Source: an uncultured Acidobacteriaceae bacterium
GTDB taxonomy: Bacteria > Acidobacteriota > Terriglobia > Terriglobales > Acidobacteriaceae
Assembly (NCBI GenBank): GCA_963835125.1
Contig: CAWIEG010000011.1
Span: forward strand, 16,769-80,768
Length of the DNA: 64,000 nt
Direction: 5' to 3'
In this document: positions 29,841-39,922 of the stretch, piece by piece
Layout: every line of letters starts with the position of its first letter
Position numbering within the stretch: the stretch's first letter is position 1
The notes under the pieces: model-generated
What the model saw: only the letters and a program-made list of their open reading frames with translations
Databases searched by the model: none
Told to the model about the DNA's origin: nothing
Position numbers and translations under genes: made by a program

Positions 29841-29976
29841 GCTTTTCGCTGCTCGCCATTCGCTCTTCGCCAGAAGGGCCAGTTGGCGACAACGAAGAGC
29901 TTGGATTTTTGTAATGATGTATACATGATTGCTTTTCTGGCGAAAAGCGAACAGCGAAAGGCGAATAGCGAGAAGC
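29841..29976. repeat. Inverted pair of GCTNTTC heptad arrays between rpsB and tsf
   Basis: Arm 29841-29875: gcttttc gctgctc gccattc gctcttc gccagaa. Arm 29935-29976: ttctggc gaaaagc gaacagc gaaaggc gaatagc gagaagc, ending 1 nt before the tsf ATG. Confidence 0.75.
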
Positions 29977-29977
29977 T

Positions 29978-30634
29978 ATGGGTACTACAACCGTGAACAT
30001 TTCTGCCGCACAAGTAAAAGAACTTCGCGACAAAACCAACGCCCCCATGATGGATTGCAAGAATGCCCTGACCGAAGCCAAGGGCGACGTCGAGGGCGCG
30101 ATTGTCATTCTGCGCAAGAAGGGTATTGCCACCGCCGCTAAAAAGGCCACCCGTGCTACCAGCGAAGGCTCGGTGTCGAGCTACATTCATGCTGGAGGCA
30201 AGATCGGCGTGCTGGTCGAGGTCAACTGCGAGAGCGACTTTGTCGCCCGTACCGACGACTTCAAGGGCCTGGTGCACGACATTGCCATGCACATCGCGGC
30301 CACCGATCCGCGTTTCATCCGCAAGGAGGATGTGACGGCTGAGGCCTTCGAAAAAGAGAAGGACATTTACCGCGCTCAGGCGGCCGCCACCGGCAAGCCC
30401 GCTCCGGTAATCGAGAAGATTGTCGAAGGCAAGATGGCCAAGTTCTACGAGGAGGTCTGCCTCTACGAGCAGCCCTTCATCAAGGAGCAGACCGTCACCG
30501 TCGCGCAACTGATCGCCACTGTGATCGGCAAGCTGGGCGAGAACATCTCTGTCCGCCGCTTCGCCCGCTTCAAGGTCGGCGACATCGCCGAGACCATCGC
30601 CGTCAGCAAGGCCGGAGATCAAGCCAGCGAGTAA
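29978..30634 (+). CDS. tsf: Translation elongation factor Ts (short form)
   Basis: [42 protein letters not shown]...[17 protein letters not shown]. Confidence 0.95.
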   Translation: MGTTTVNISAAQVKELRDKTNAPMMDCKNALTEAKGDVEGAIVILRKKGIATAAKKATRATSEGSVSSYIHAGGKIGVLVEVNCESDFVARTDDFKGLVHDIAMHIAATDPRFIRKEDVTAEAFEKEKDIYRAQAAATGKPAPVIEKIVEGKMAKFYEEVCLYEQPFIKEQTVTVAQLIATVIGKLGENISVRRFARFKVGDIAETIAVSKAGDQASE

Positions 30635-30661
30635 GGCATTCGCCATAACGGAACAAGACCA

Positions 30662-30692
30662 GGGCGGGAGAGATCCCGCCCTTTGTTTATTT
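30662..30692 (+). terminator. Intrinsic terminator of tsf
   Basis: gggcggga-gaga-tcccgccc followed by tttgtttattt. Confidence 0.8.
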
Positions 30693-30709
30693 AGTCTGGA
30701 ATTAGCTTC

Positions 30710-31135
30710 TTACAGGATTGTGGCATCCAAGCCGGAGATGAAGTGAATGCCGTCGATTACCAACTTCTTGAGATCGCCGTCGTTCGAGAGGTAAAGATCT
30801 ACTTGCGCAACCGAAGCGCACGCAAGATGAATGGCGTCAGCTGGAGATACCTTCCATTGCGCGCGAATGCGGGCATAGCGATCGGCAGCCTCACTATTGA
30901 AAGGAAGCAGACGGACAGCCCGACTTTCGAAGTAATCACGTATCTTACGGGCTTCAGCAGTGCGCGCAGCCTTGTAGGCGCCGGTCAGGATCTCGCCTAC
31001 GGTGAAGACGCTGGTGCAAAGTTGGTCGCCGCGTTCGGCCATACGCAAGTGGATCTTCTCCACTTGCTTTGCATGCTGGGGATGGGCTTCCAGCCAATAG
31101 ATGAACAACATCGTGTCCCAGTAGACCAGGCTCAC
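30710..31135 (-). CDS. vapC: PIN-domain ribonuclease toxin (VapC family)
   Basis: MSLVYWDTMLFIYWLE...FTVGEILTG...DAIHLACA...LYLSNDGDL shows the conserved acidic PIN positions. The start overlaps the upstream gene's stop by 4 nt. Confidence 0.8.
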   Translation of the reverse strand: MSLVYWDTMLFIYWLEAHPQHAKQVEKIHLRMAERGDQLCTSVFTVGEILTGAYKAARTAEARKIRDYFESRAVRLLPFNSEAADRYARIRAQWKVSPADAIHLACASVAQVDLYLSNDGDLKKLVIDGIHFISGLDATIL

Positions 31136-31551
31136 TTGTGGTCTCCGCGATCAGGCTGGTAGAACTGCTCGCGCTCTCCCCGCAGGAACGACTCGCCTCC
31201 ACCCAAGGATTGAAACGCCTCTTTGAGCAAGCCGCGCAATTTCCCGAAGTCGAGTTCTGCACTGGATTGATCGGTCGCTCCCTTGTCTTCTGCGAACCGG
31301 TATGTGTACGCGACGCGCGTGCCCATGCCGGAAGGAGGTCCGGAGACTTCTTCAATGACGAGACCATTCTTTTCTAGAAACGTTCGTGATCCCAGCACAC
31401 TGCATACGTTCGGAACACGATTTCTCAGGCGCATGCCGCGGTGCACATCGCCCGCAATAATCTGAACTCGTTTCTCGCCCTTCCTTCGCGCGGGCTCAAC
31501 GTATTCCTTCTGGGCATACGTCCGAATGGCATCTGCAGACGTGGTTTCCAT
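31132..31551 (-). CDS. Putative cognate antitoxin with a non-canonical N-terminal domain
   Basis: 139 aa, translationally coupled to vapC. The C-terminal tail DFGKLRGLLKEAFQSLGGGESFLRGEREQFY resembles VapB-type toxin-binding tails. I cannot place the N-terminal roughly 90 aa in RHH, AbrB, Phd or HTH classes. Confidence 0.5.
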   Translation of the reverse strand: METTSADAIRTYAQKEYVEPARRKGEKRVQIIAGDVHRGMRLRNRVPNVCSVLGSRTFLEKNGLVIEEVSGPPSGMGTRVAYTYRFAEDKGATDQSSAELDFGKLRGLLKEAFQSLGGGESFLRGEREQFYQPDRGDHK

Positions 31552-31707
31552 TGGTGTCTCCTCTCGCGCAACTCATGCTGCAGCACAAAAAAATAACACA
31601 AAATACACAACATAAACAAGCATAACACTCATAACAGGCATGCTTATCTACGATTGGTCATTCACGCTAAGTCTTTTATTTCAATGGGATGCGTCACGAA
31701 AATGCGG

Positions 31708-33258
31708 TCACCTATCCTTCACTGCTTCCAAAAATGCCGCTCCATACTTGTCCAGCTTTGCCGGGCCAATGCCTTTAATCTCCGACAGCGCGACCATATT
31801 GGCGGGCGCAGCGCGAGCGATAGCCTGAAGCACGGAGTCATGAGCGACGCAAAACGCCGGCACGTCCTGCGCCTCGGCCAACTTCAATCGTAGCTTCTTC
31901 AGGCGCTCAAAGCGGCCGAGGCCAGTGTGGTCCAGCTCGGGAGATTTCATGCCCTGCGCCTTGCGGTTGCCGGAACGCCGCCGCGAGGTGACGGCATCCG
32001 CCTGAGGTGGTTTACTCATGCGGACCTGGCCACGACAAACGTCACAGACACATCGGGTAACAGCGGTGCTGTCGCCAAAATAGTCGAGAATGGCGCGGCG
32101 GCGGCAGCGCGACCGGTACGCATAGTTGAATACCTGATCAAGTTTCCGGCGAGCGTGAGCTTGCAGCGTTTCCACTTGCGCCTCCGAAAGCGCAGTGTTG
32201 TTCTCGCCAATCTTGTCGATGAAGAATTCCTGGGTAAAGCGGTCACGGGGGCTGCAATACAAAATGCATTGCGCCGGTTTGCCGTCACGTCCGGCCCGGC
32301 CCGCTTCCTGGTAGTACGCTTCCAGGCTGGCGGGAATGTTGTAATGGACCACAAAGCGGATGTCGGCTTTGTTGATTCCCATTCCAAAAGCGTTGGTTGC
32401 CACCACCACCGCTCCGGCGTTCGACATGAAGTCTTCCTGGCTTTTCTTGCGCTGCTCCGTGTCCATCCCGGCGTGATAAGCGCGAATCGTGCGTTGCGGA
32501 AAGCTGGCTTGAAATCGCGAGGCCAACTGCTCCACCACTCGACGGGTTGCGCAGTACACAATGCCGCTGCCCGCCTGCTTGGTCAGCCCATGCAGCAAGG
32601 CTTCGTCTTTCTCGAACTCCATGTCCATGCGCCGGCACGCATACGTGAGATTTGGCCGATCGAAACCGGTGACGTGCAGCCTGGGGCTGCGCAGCTTAAG
32701 CATTTTTACGATGTCATCCCGCACGTTCGGAGTTGCCGTCGCAGTCAAGGCCATCGTGACCGGCGATCCCAGTCGCTCCCGCACCTCGGCCAGACGCATA
32801 TATTCAGGCCGGAAATCGTGTCCCCAGAAGCTTAGACAGTGGGCCTCATCCACTACAAAAAGTCGTGTCTTTAGCTCCGGGACTATCCGCTGGAACGACG
32901 CCGCGGAGAATCGTTCCGGCGCGACGTAGAGCAGTCCCGCAAACCCTTGCTTGAGCTCGGCGAAGACCTCGCGCTGCTCCTGATGGCTCTGCGAACTGTT
33001 CATAAACAACACAGGAACATTCAGCCGTTGCAGCTGTTTCACCTGATCCGCCATCAGCGAAATTAGCGGAGAGACGACGACAGTCAGGCCTTGCAACATC
33101 AGGGCAGGAAGCTGGAAGCATAGGCTCTTGCCCGCGCCGGTGGGCATGACGCATACCACGTCGTTTCCTGCCACGATATCCTGAATAACCTCCCGCTGAT
33201 ACGGGCGAAACTCCGAGAGTTGGAAGACCTGTTGCAGAAGATCGTCAATGCTATTCAT
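31708..33258 (-). CDS. recQ: ATP-dependent DNA helicase RecQ
   Basis: FRPYQREVI...VCVMPTGAGKSLCFQLP...DEAHCLSFWGHDFRPEY...MALTATA...GIVYC...AFGMGINK...HYNIPASLEAYYQEAGRAGRDG, followed by RQC-type Zn-binding Cys residues and an HRDC-like C-terminus. ATG at 33258. Confidence 0.93.
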   Translation of the reverse strand: MNSIDDLLQQVFQLSEFRPYQREVIQDIVAGNDVVCVMPTGAGKSLCFQLPALMLQGLTVVVSPLISLMADQVKQLQRLNVPVLFMNSSQSHQEQREVFAELKQGFAGLLYVAPERFSAASFQRIVPELKTRLFVVDEAHCLSFWGHDFRPEYMRLAEVRERLGSPVTMALTATATPNVRDDIVKMLKLRSPRLHVTGFDRPNLTYACRRMDMEFEKDEALLHGLTKQAGSGIVYCATRRVVEQLASRFQASFPQRTIRAYHAGMDTEQRKKSQEDFMSNAGAVVVATNAFGMGINKADIRFVVHYNIPASLEAYYQEAGRAGRDGKPAQCILYCSPRDRFTQEFFIDKIGENNTALSEAQVETLQAHARRKLDQVFNYAYRSRCRRRAILDYFGDSTAVTRCVCDVCRGQVRMSKPPQADAVTSRRRSGNRKAQGMKSPELDHTGLGRFERLKKLRLKLAEAQDVPAFCVAHDSVLQAIARAAPANMVALSEIKGIGPAKLDKYGAAFLEAVKDR

Positions 33259-33420
33259 GAGATTGGCGTCGAGATCTACTGTACCGCGGATGCGCCCGAG
33301 GTGGCAGTGACAAACCGGCTCAAGCGTTGACGCGATTCCAGCCGAGCCTCGCACCATTGCTGACCCTTTCAGTCTTGGTCAGTCCCGCAATGCTGATAAA
33401 CTGGATCGTCAATTTTTCTT

Positions 33421-34149
33421 ATGGAAAGCATGAACGCTCCCGCTTACAAACGCATTCTGCTCAAAATTTCCGGTGAGGCCCTGGCCGCCGGACAAGGTTT
33501 TGGCGTGGACAACACCCGCGTCCACGAAATTGCCAGCGAACTCGCCGAGGTCCACAGCCTGGGGACCGAGATCGCCATCGTGGTCGGGGGCGGCAATTTC
33601 TTCCGCGGAGTTGCCGAACAAGCCAAGCTCATGGATCGCGTCTCGGCCGATCACATGGGCATGCTGGCGACTGTGATTAATGCGCTGGCGTTGCAAGATG
33701 CGCTGGAAAAACAGCATGTGTTTACGCGCGTGATGAGCGCCATCGAGATTTACCAGGTGGCTGAGCCCTTCATCCGTCGCCGCGCCATTCGCCATCTGGA
33801 GAAGGGCCGCATCGTGGTCTTTGCCGGTGGCACCGGCAACCCGTATTTCTCCACAGACACGGCAGCCTCCTTGCGCGCCATGGAGATCAAAGCCGACATC
33901 ATCCTTAAAGCCACCAAGGTCGATGGCATCTACACCGACGATCCCGTGCTGGTCAAAGACGCCACCATGTTCGACGAGATCAGCTACATGGACGTGCTGC
34001 GCCTGGGCTTGCGGGTGATGGATGCAACTGCCATCGCGCTTTGCCGCGAGAACAACCTTCCCATCGTTATCTTCAACCTCAACAAACGTGGCAACATTCA
34101 CCGCGTGGTGATGGGTGAGAGGGTGGGCTCCGTCGTGAATCGCGGATAA
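33421..34149 (+). CDS. pyrH: UMP kinase
   Basis: [13 protein letters not shown]...GFGVD...[13 protein letters not shown]...[19 protein letters not shown]...[18 protein letters not shown]. Confidence 0.96.
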   Translation: MESMNAPAYKRILLKISGEALAAGQGFGVDNTRVHEIASELAEVHSLGTEIAIVVGGGNFFRGVAEQAKLMDRVSADHMGMLATVINALALQDALEKQHVFTRVMSAIEIYQVAEPFIRRRAIRHLEKGRIVVFAGGTGNPYFSTDTAASLRAMEIKADIILKATKVDGIYTDDPVLVKDATMFDEISYMDVLRLGLRVMDATAIALCRENNLPIVIFNLNKRGNIHRVVMGERVGSVVNRG

Positions 34150-34304
34150 CGTTATTCAACATGTGCGATTTCCAAGAGCTTCCTCCCATTTCCTGAGCGG
34201 TTGCTTCCGGCAAGACAGCATGAAATTTCCGGACCTGGGTTCCATCCGCGACAAACTGGCCCGCGGAGAATGCAGTCGTTGTACTATTCGGAAACAACAG
34301 CACT

Positions 34305-35864
34305 ATGGCCGAAATCGACAATGACGACAGCGACGCCGCTCCACCGGCTGGCGACGCCAACGCATCTGTGATCGCTGATAGTCCAGTCTCCGCATCCGAT
34401 TCCAGCTACCGCCTGGATCTTCCTCCTCTGCGCAGCCCCACTGCCGCGCAGGCCATTCTGCTCGGAGGTACGCTGGCGCAGCTGGGTCTGGCTCTACTGA
34501 TTACGATCTACCTGGCGCGCGTGCTGTCGGCGGCGGATTTCGGATTCTTTTCGCTGGTCGCCACCATCTTCATTCTCGCCCGCAAGTTTCTGGATCTCGG
34601 CCTAAGCAATGTAGCGGCACGGGACATTGCGGGCGACACCCGCCGCGAGCGGCCGATTCTGGAAGGCATGATGGCCTATCGCCGCGCGGCCGGAGTCGTG
34701 CTGGCCCTGGCGCTGTGCGTCGTTGCCTTCATGCAGAAGTCGGTCCCGGAGCGCGCTGTCTTGCTGGGTGTAGCTTGGGTTCTTCTCTTCACCGAACCGG
34801 CGGCGCTCGATCCTGTGTTCCAGGTGCGGCAGGCGCAGGGCGCCCCGGTGCTGCTCAATGTCTTTGGCGGTTTGCTGGTGCTCGGCGGCAGTGTGGTGTT
34901 CAAGCAACTCGGCATCGCCGGAGCGGCCTTCGGCTGGCTGCTGATTGTGCGCGAGTCAGTGACGCTGGTGGGTACCAAGTTTCTGGGGGAACATTTACTT
35001 GGTTATCGTCCTAAGCCGGGTTTTCGCGGGCGTGCCCTGGAAGCATTCGTCGGACCGGCGCTGATCTTCGGTCTCGCCAGCCTGGTTTATACAATCTATT
35101 TCAATTGCGATGTGTTCTTTGTTTACGCGCTGCGCGGCAGGGATGAGCTCGGCGCATACGCGGCTGCGTTTCGTCCCATCAATCCTCTGTTGCTTCTGCC
35201 GTGGTTGCTAATGGTGCCGTTAGTGCCGGTGCTGACCGTGGCCGCCCATGACCGCCAGCGGTTCGTGCATCAGGTGAGAGAGGTATGCGGATTTGCTTTG
35301 GGGCTTGGCGCGTGCGCCTCGGTTGCGGGCGTCCTGCTCGCCCATGATCTCGTTACCCTGCTCTATCGCGGACGTTATCTGGATGGACCACTCTCTTGTG
35401 TGAACGCCTTTCGATGGCTCGCTGTCGCTCTCGGACTGGTGTGCATTACCACCGTACTGACCGCGGCCATGCTGGCCGACCGCAAAGAGAAGCTGCTGCT
35501 GGCCATCGGCACTGCGGCTCTGGTAATCAATGCAGCCATGAATGTGGTGCTGCTGAGCATGTACAACTTCACCGCAGCGGGATTTGCTACCGCGGTTACG
35601 GAGTTATTGTTCCTGGCCGGGGCGTTGGCCGCCTTTCAGTCCGTTACGGGTAAGCGTGCTCTCACGTCGGACTGCTGGCGTTATTTATCGCCCGCAGCAG
35701 TGATGGCTGTGGTCCTTTACTTCATGGGAGGCGGATCGGTAATTCGCGTGGCGACCGGGATTGTGCTCGGGCTGCTGTCGGCTGTGGCGATACTATCGTC
35801 AGAAAGGGCGCGAGCTTTTCGCAAGGAGATAGCAGCCGAGGGAAAGCCTGTACCGTGGCTGTGA
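34305..35864 (+). CDS. Polysaccharide biosynthesis / oligosaccharide flippase family membrane protein (MOP/Wzx-like)
   Basis: 519 aa with 12 or more hydrophobic segments. The N-terminal ...LARVLSAADFGFFSLVATIF...LGLSNVAARDIA pattern is typical of Wzx/PST flippases. Confidence 0.7.
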   Translation: MAEIDNDDSDAAPPAGDANASVIADSPVSASDSSYRLDLPPLRSPTAAQAILLGGTLAQLGLALLITIYLARVLSAADFGFFSLVATIFILARKFLDLGLSNVAARDIAGDTRRERPILEGMMAYRRAAGVVLALALCVVAFMQKSVPERAVLLGVAWVLLFTEPAALDPVFQVRQAQGAPVLLNVFGGLLVLGGSVVFKQLGIAGAAFGWLLIVRESVTLVGTKFLGEHLLGYRPKPGFRGRALEAFVGPALIFGLASLVYTIYFNCDVFFVYALRGRDELGAYAAAFRPINPLLLLPWLLMVPLVPVLTVAAHDRQRFVHQVREVCGFALGLGACASVAGVLLAHDLVTLLYRGRYLDGPLSCVNAFRWLAVALGLVCITTVLTAAMLADRKEKLLLAIGTAALVINAAMNVVLLSMYNFTAAGFATAVTELLFLAGALAAFQSVTGKRALTSDCWRYLSPAAVMAVVLYFMGGGSVIRVATGIVLGLLSAVAILSSERARAFRKEIAAEGKPVPWL

Positions 35865-35948
35865 TGCGGCAGGTTGAGGTCGAATTGCTGCGCAACGGTA
35901 CTGAATGCGGGGGGAGGCCGTCGCCATCCCCGCAGACTAATGTGAGCC

Positions 35949-36212
35949 TTATGGGCGAGCATTCTTCGTTTTCGCGCGTGCCTCGCTCACAACAAGCGTG
36001 CTACCCCCAACCACCGAACCATTCAGGCCCAGCACCGCTTCCTGAGCGTCTTTGTCGGCAGTCATTTCCACGAAGCCAAATCCGCGAGGAAGGCCCGACG
36101 TTTGGTCCTTTATGATGGTTACTACCTCAACCGGGCCGTAGGTTGCGAACGCTGTCCTAATATCCTGCTCGGTTGTATTTTTTTCCATGTTTCCGACGTA
36201 GAGATTTTTCAT
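35949..36212 (-). CDS. RRM-type RNA-binding protein
   Basis: MKNLYVGNM (RNP2)...RGFGFVEM (RNP1)...LNGSVVGGSTLVVSEA. Confidence 0.9.
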   Translation of the reverse strand: MKNLYVGNMEKNTTEQDIRTAFATYGPVEVVTIIKDQTSGLPRGFGFVEMTADKDAQEAVLGLNGSVVGGSTLVVSEARAKTKNARP

Positions 36213-36387
36213 TGTTTCCTCATGACTTTCGAGGATGCGATGGCCGAACCCAGCCGTATCTTCCAGAAGACCACGACAATCACAGCCTTGGAATTAGCAA
36301 TTGTGAGGGGATTGAAAGGTGGATCGTCCCCGGGGTTGCCCGGAAGGACGAGACAGGTGAGATCTGATGTTGCCTGTGCCGCGCGCG

Positions 36388-36579
36388 TTAATTGCGGATT
36401 GGCCGGGCCTGCGCGACTTGCTGTAAGTCTGCCCGGGTAAAGCTCCCGCCACATACTCCGCATTTCCACTGGGAATGAGGAACGTGGGAAGCGGCGTTGC
36501 TACTGGGGTGCCATACTTTCGAAAGCTCACTGCTGCATATGGGGCATTTCATCCTGTGATCATGCTTTCTCCAACTCAC
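36388..36579 (-). CDS. Small zinc-ribbon protein (hypothetical)
   Basis: CPIC...(27 aa)...CGVC. The start could be the internal MKCPIC at 36552. Confidence 0.4.
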   Translation of the reverse strand: MSWRKHDHRMKCPICSSELSKVWHPSSNAASHVPHSQWKCGVCGGSFTRADLQQVAQARPIRN

Positions 36580-36635
36580 TTGCCAAGACTGGTTGTAACT
36601 ATGCCGGCCTGCTAGCTCCGGCTCGAGACGCCCAC

Positions 36636-36812
36636 TTAAATTGGGGTTCCGTTTTTACTGATAGCGACGATGGCGACTTTAGAAACCAAACCGCTGTCGT
36701 CAGCCAGGCCAAGAACCCGCCTGGCATGCTTCCTGGCATTTTCCTGAGTAAGGAACTTTTTGACTGGCCGAACCGTGTCCGACGTCAGAAATTCAACTCG
36801 GTAATAGGTCAT
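36636..36812 (-). CDS. Small hypothetical protein (58 aa)
   Basis: MTYYRVEFLTSDTVRPVKKFLTQENARKHARRVLGLADDSGLVSKVAIVAISKNGTPI. Same strand as the flanking small genes and below the ORF-track cutoff. Confidence 0.3.
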   Translation of the reverse strand: MTYYRVEFLTSDTVRPVKKFLTQENARKHARRVLGLADDSGLVSKVAIVAISKNGTPI

Positions 36813-36873
36813 GGCGTTATCCCTTCACTTGCGATTTGCCCGATATTATGCAGGCTCTAAAATGTCTTCCGTC

Positions 36874-37065
36874 TTATCGCCACGAGTTGGGCAGAGCCGT
36901 CCACCGCTGAAATGTCGGCAGATATCGCCGTTTGTGACAAACCACACACCGTCCGGGGCAGAGGAACAATCGTGGCAAAAGGACTCGCTCGATCCAGTCC
37001 TCCGGAGGTTCAGCTCTGAACTGGTCACTTTTGCACACGCGGCAGTGGGCGGACAGGAACTGCAT
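36874..37065 (-). CDS. Small zinc-ribbon protein (hypothetical)
   Basis: CRVC...WIERVLLPRLFLCPGRCVVC... resembles the CxxC...W.E......RP.RC..C small-protein family as I recall it. Confidence 0.4.
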   Translation of the reverse strand: MQFLSAHCRVCKSDQFRAEPPEDWIERVLLPRLFLCPGRCVVCHKRRYLPTFQRWTALPNSWR

Positions 37066-37289
37066 AGTTGCACTGGTTCTCAGTGCGATCCGTCAAGTTA
37101 CGCGGATTTAGGCTTGATTATCAGCCAATAGAGCTGAAGAAAGCTGTTCAACATTGCTCAGCGAGCAATCTTGCTTCCGGTAACTATGATTTTACCACTT
37201 TAACGTGGATTACTCCGATATTTCGCGGTTAGGACGGACTTCACTATCCATGCTCTGGTTTGAAGAAGTCAGCCCCACCCGCAGGCGTG

Positions 37290-39671
37290 TCACTGCGGCC
37301 AGAGGCCGTAAATGTCCAACTCGCTCGCTGTTCCCACGAAAACATGTCCATCAGCGGCGGTTGGAAGCGTGAATTTCACGGCAGGGCCGGCGGTGTCGCG
37401 ACCGCCCGCCTGATCGCTGGTATATAGCTCGTCGCTGAGGTTGGCTGCGTCATAGGCGTGCAGCACGGCTGCTCCGCCGCTGCCCGCGTTCGTGCTGTCA
37501 ATCTCCCACAAGATTCCAGCCGATGAGCCGTTGGAAGACAACGATGCAGTCGCTCCGTGGCCGCCGAATACATCCGAACCCTTCATCACCGGACTGGTCG
37601 AGATTAAGCCAGTGTTGGTATCCCAGATATAGGCCTTCACCACATCCTGAGCGTCGTGGTAATAGAGAGTGTTGTTCCATAGAACAGGAGTAGAGAAAAT
37701 ATTGTCATACTGCTGTGTGCCGGTTTGGACCTCTTGAATAACATGGTCCGTCTGCTGATACTGACCCATGTTGTCGCGATTGATGACGAAGATGCGGCCA
37801 TCCTTGCCGCCGCCAATCAACTCGTGCGGATAGGGTGAGGGATTGTCGGGCATGAAGACAGGCGATCCGCTGCCCAGATCGGCATCGTTATCGCGCAGGA
37901 TTTGCTCGTTAGAAGGCTTGAAGTAATCGAGGATGGAGAGATCGCTGGCCCGCAGGCGCAGCGCGGAGTCATTATAGTCGGGCGCGGGATCGTCAAGGTC
38001 AACACCGGCCAGAAGGTAGAGGTCTCCCGTGCTGTCATCGATGGCTGGCGTTCCTCCCCAGAGCCCGCCGCCCGCGCCATCAGGCGTGACATTCATAATC
38101 GCGATTTGTTGCAGCGACGCTTTGTCGTAAGCCAGCACCCAGCCGTGATTGCAATGTCCGAAACTGATGTAGACCGCATTGGTAGCCGGGTCGAGCGCCA
38201 GCCCATTGCGCTGATAGCAGTTGTCCTCCAGGGTGATCTGACCGTTCTGGCTATCCCAGCCATTACCGGGCACCGTTCCTGTTACTATCACCGGGCCGCC
38301 GAATTCCTCCGCTCCTGTGGCGACGTTGAGCGCGTGCAAGCGGTACACCTTCTGTCCGTTTTCGCTGCCGTCTGTCAGCACATACATCGTGCCGGTAGAG
38401 GTATCGATGACCGGCGTGGAAGTAATCCCCAGCAAAGGCTTGATACCTTCATCGTCGTTAATCTGTAGCGGCGTCGCGAGGTGTTTTTGCCAAAGCGGCG
38501 AGCCGGACAAACCATCGGCGTCGAAGGCGTAGACGGTGTCGTTTTCGGTTTCGACGAACACCACGTTATGCAAGACTCCTGCGACCGACAGATTCGGCAC
38601 GTAAAGCGGTTGGGCGTAAATCTGTCCGTCCACCGGAAACACAAACAACTTGCCAAACTGTTGCTGATTGACGTTGGAAGTATTCAAGGCAGTCTCGTTG
38701 GCATTTACGCCGTCGCGCGCATCGTCGTTGTGAAAGGTAAGAACCGAGGCCGATCCGCGCGGCGCGTTGATTACCGTCACGGAAGCATTCACCGCGTAGG
38801 ACGGTAACGCAGCACTCGTCGCAGTGACGGTATACGAACCAAGTGTGCTTGGCGCGCTGTAGAGGCCCCGGCTGGTGATTGTGCCAACCGTCTTGTTGCC
38901 GCCGGCAACGCCATCGACCGACCATGTCACCCCGTCATTTCCCGTTCCCTGGATGGTCGCCGTAAACTGCTGCGTCCCCAGGGACGTTAACGACGTACTT
39001 GGCGGAGAAACGCTGAGGCTGATGACGCTGGCGGCAGCGTTTGCGCTCGCGTTGCTGTCGGCCACGCTGGTCGCCGTCACCGTATGTCCGCCCGCCGTCG
39101 CTGGCGCCGTGTACAGGCCGCTCGTGCTGATGGCGCCCACTGTCATGTTCCCGCCGATCACGCCGTCTACTGACCACGTGACGGCGGTATTGGTCGTGCC
39201 GGTTACGGTTGCCGCGAACTGCTGGTTGGTGCTGACAGCCACTATGGCTGTCGTGGGCGAGATGGTCACGGAGATGACCGGCTGCGAGATGGGATTGACT
39301 GTCACGTTTGCGTTTGCGGTTTTGGTGGGATCAGCAGCGGCCACAGCAGTCACGGTTACCTGCAGCGCAATCGTGGTCGCCGGCGCGGTATAGAGACCCG
39401 TAGTGGAAATGGTGCCTGCTTGCGCATTCCCCCCTGCGACCTGATTCACTTCCCACTCGACGGTAGTATTGCTGGAACCCGTAACAGTAGCTTGGAACTG
39501 GGCTGTGCCTCCGGCGGAAACCGTGGCCGAAGTCGGCGACATGGTAATGGCAATAGTCGGTGACGGCGAAGAATTGCTACCTTGCGACCCTCCTCCTCCA
39601 CAAGCAACGATCGAGAGAAGCAGGCAGTTTGACATCAAGATACTTAGTATTGCGGTGGAGTGGCGACGCAT
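37290..39671 (-). CDS. Lipoprotein with four Big_2-type Ig-like domains and a C-terminal PQQ/BamB-like beta-propeller
   Basis: Lipobox LLLSIVAC. Four repeats of ...TQQFTATVTG..NT.VTWSV....GGN..VGTIS..GLYTAP. Then about 480 aa of propeller-like sequence (VFVETENDTVYAFDA..., GTMYVLTDG, AVYISFGH). Confidence 0.75.
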   Translation of the reverse strand: MRRHSTAILSILMSNCLLLSIVACGGGGSQGSNSSPSPTIAITMSPTSATVSAGGTAQFQATVTGSSNTTVEWEVNQVAGGNAQAGTISTTGLYTAPATTIALQVTVTAVAAADPTKTANANVTVNPISQPVISVTISPTTAIVAVSTNQQFAATVTGTTNTAVTWSVDGVIGGNMTVGAISTSGLYTAPATAGGHTVTATSVADSNASANAAASVISLSVSPPSTSLTSLGTQQFTATIQGTGNDGVTWSVDGVAGGNKTVGTITSRGLYSAPSTLGSYTVTATSAALPSYAVNASVTVINAPRGSASVLTFHNDDARDGVNANETALNTSNVNQQQFGKLFVFPVDGQIYAQPLYVPNLSVAGVLHNVVFVETENDTVYAFDADGLSGSPLWQKHLATPLQINDDEGIKPLLGITSTPVIDTSTGTMYVLTDGSENGQKVYRLHALNVATGAEEFGGPVIVTGTVPGNGWDSQNGQITLEDNCYQRNGLALDPATNAVYISFGHCNHGWVLAYDKASLQQIAIMNVTPDGAGGGLWGGTPAIDDSTGDLYLLAGVDLDDPAPDYNDSALRLRASDLSILDYFKPSNEQILRDNDADLGSGSPVFMPDNPSPYPHELIGGGKDGRIFVINRDNMGQYQQTDHVIQEVQTGTQQYDNIFSTPVLWNNTLYYHDAQDVVKAYIWDTNTGLISTSPVMKGSDVFGGHGATASLSSNGSSAGILWEIDSTNAGSGGAAVLHAYDAANLSDELYTSDQAGGRDTAGPAVKFTLPTAADGHVFVGTASELDIYGLWPQ

Positions 39672-39922
39672 CAGACCCTCAGGTGGGATAGTGACTTTTG
39701 TCGCCCTGATAGATGAGCCGTTGCCCGGTTGAGTTGGCTAACGCTTCGAAACCACGCGGATTCACTTTGTTTTCACGGGTCTTACCGAAGACTCTAACCG
39801 CTCATAGAATCCTTTCGACTCTGAAACCAAGAGGAGGCATCTTGCGGACAAGAGATCACCATCCAACGTAGTAAGTAAGCGGAACAGAGAAGTAGAACTA
39901 CTAACTACAAGGAGACTCACTA

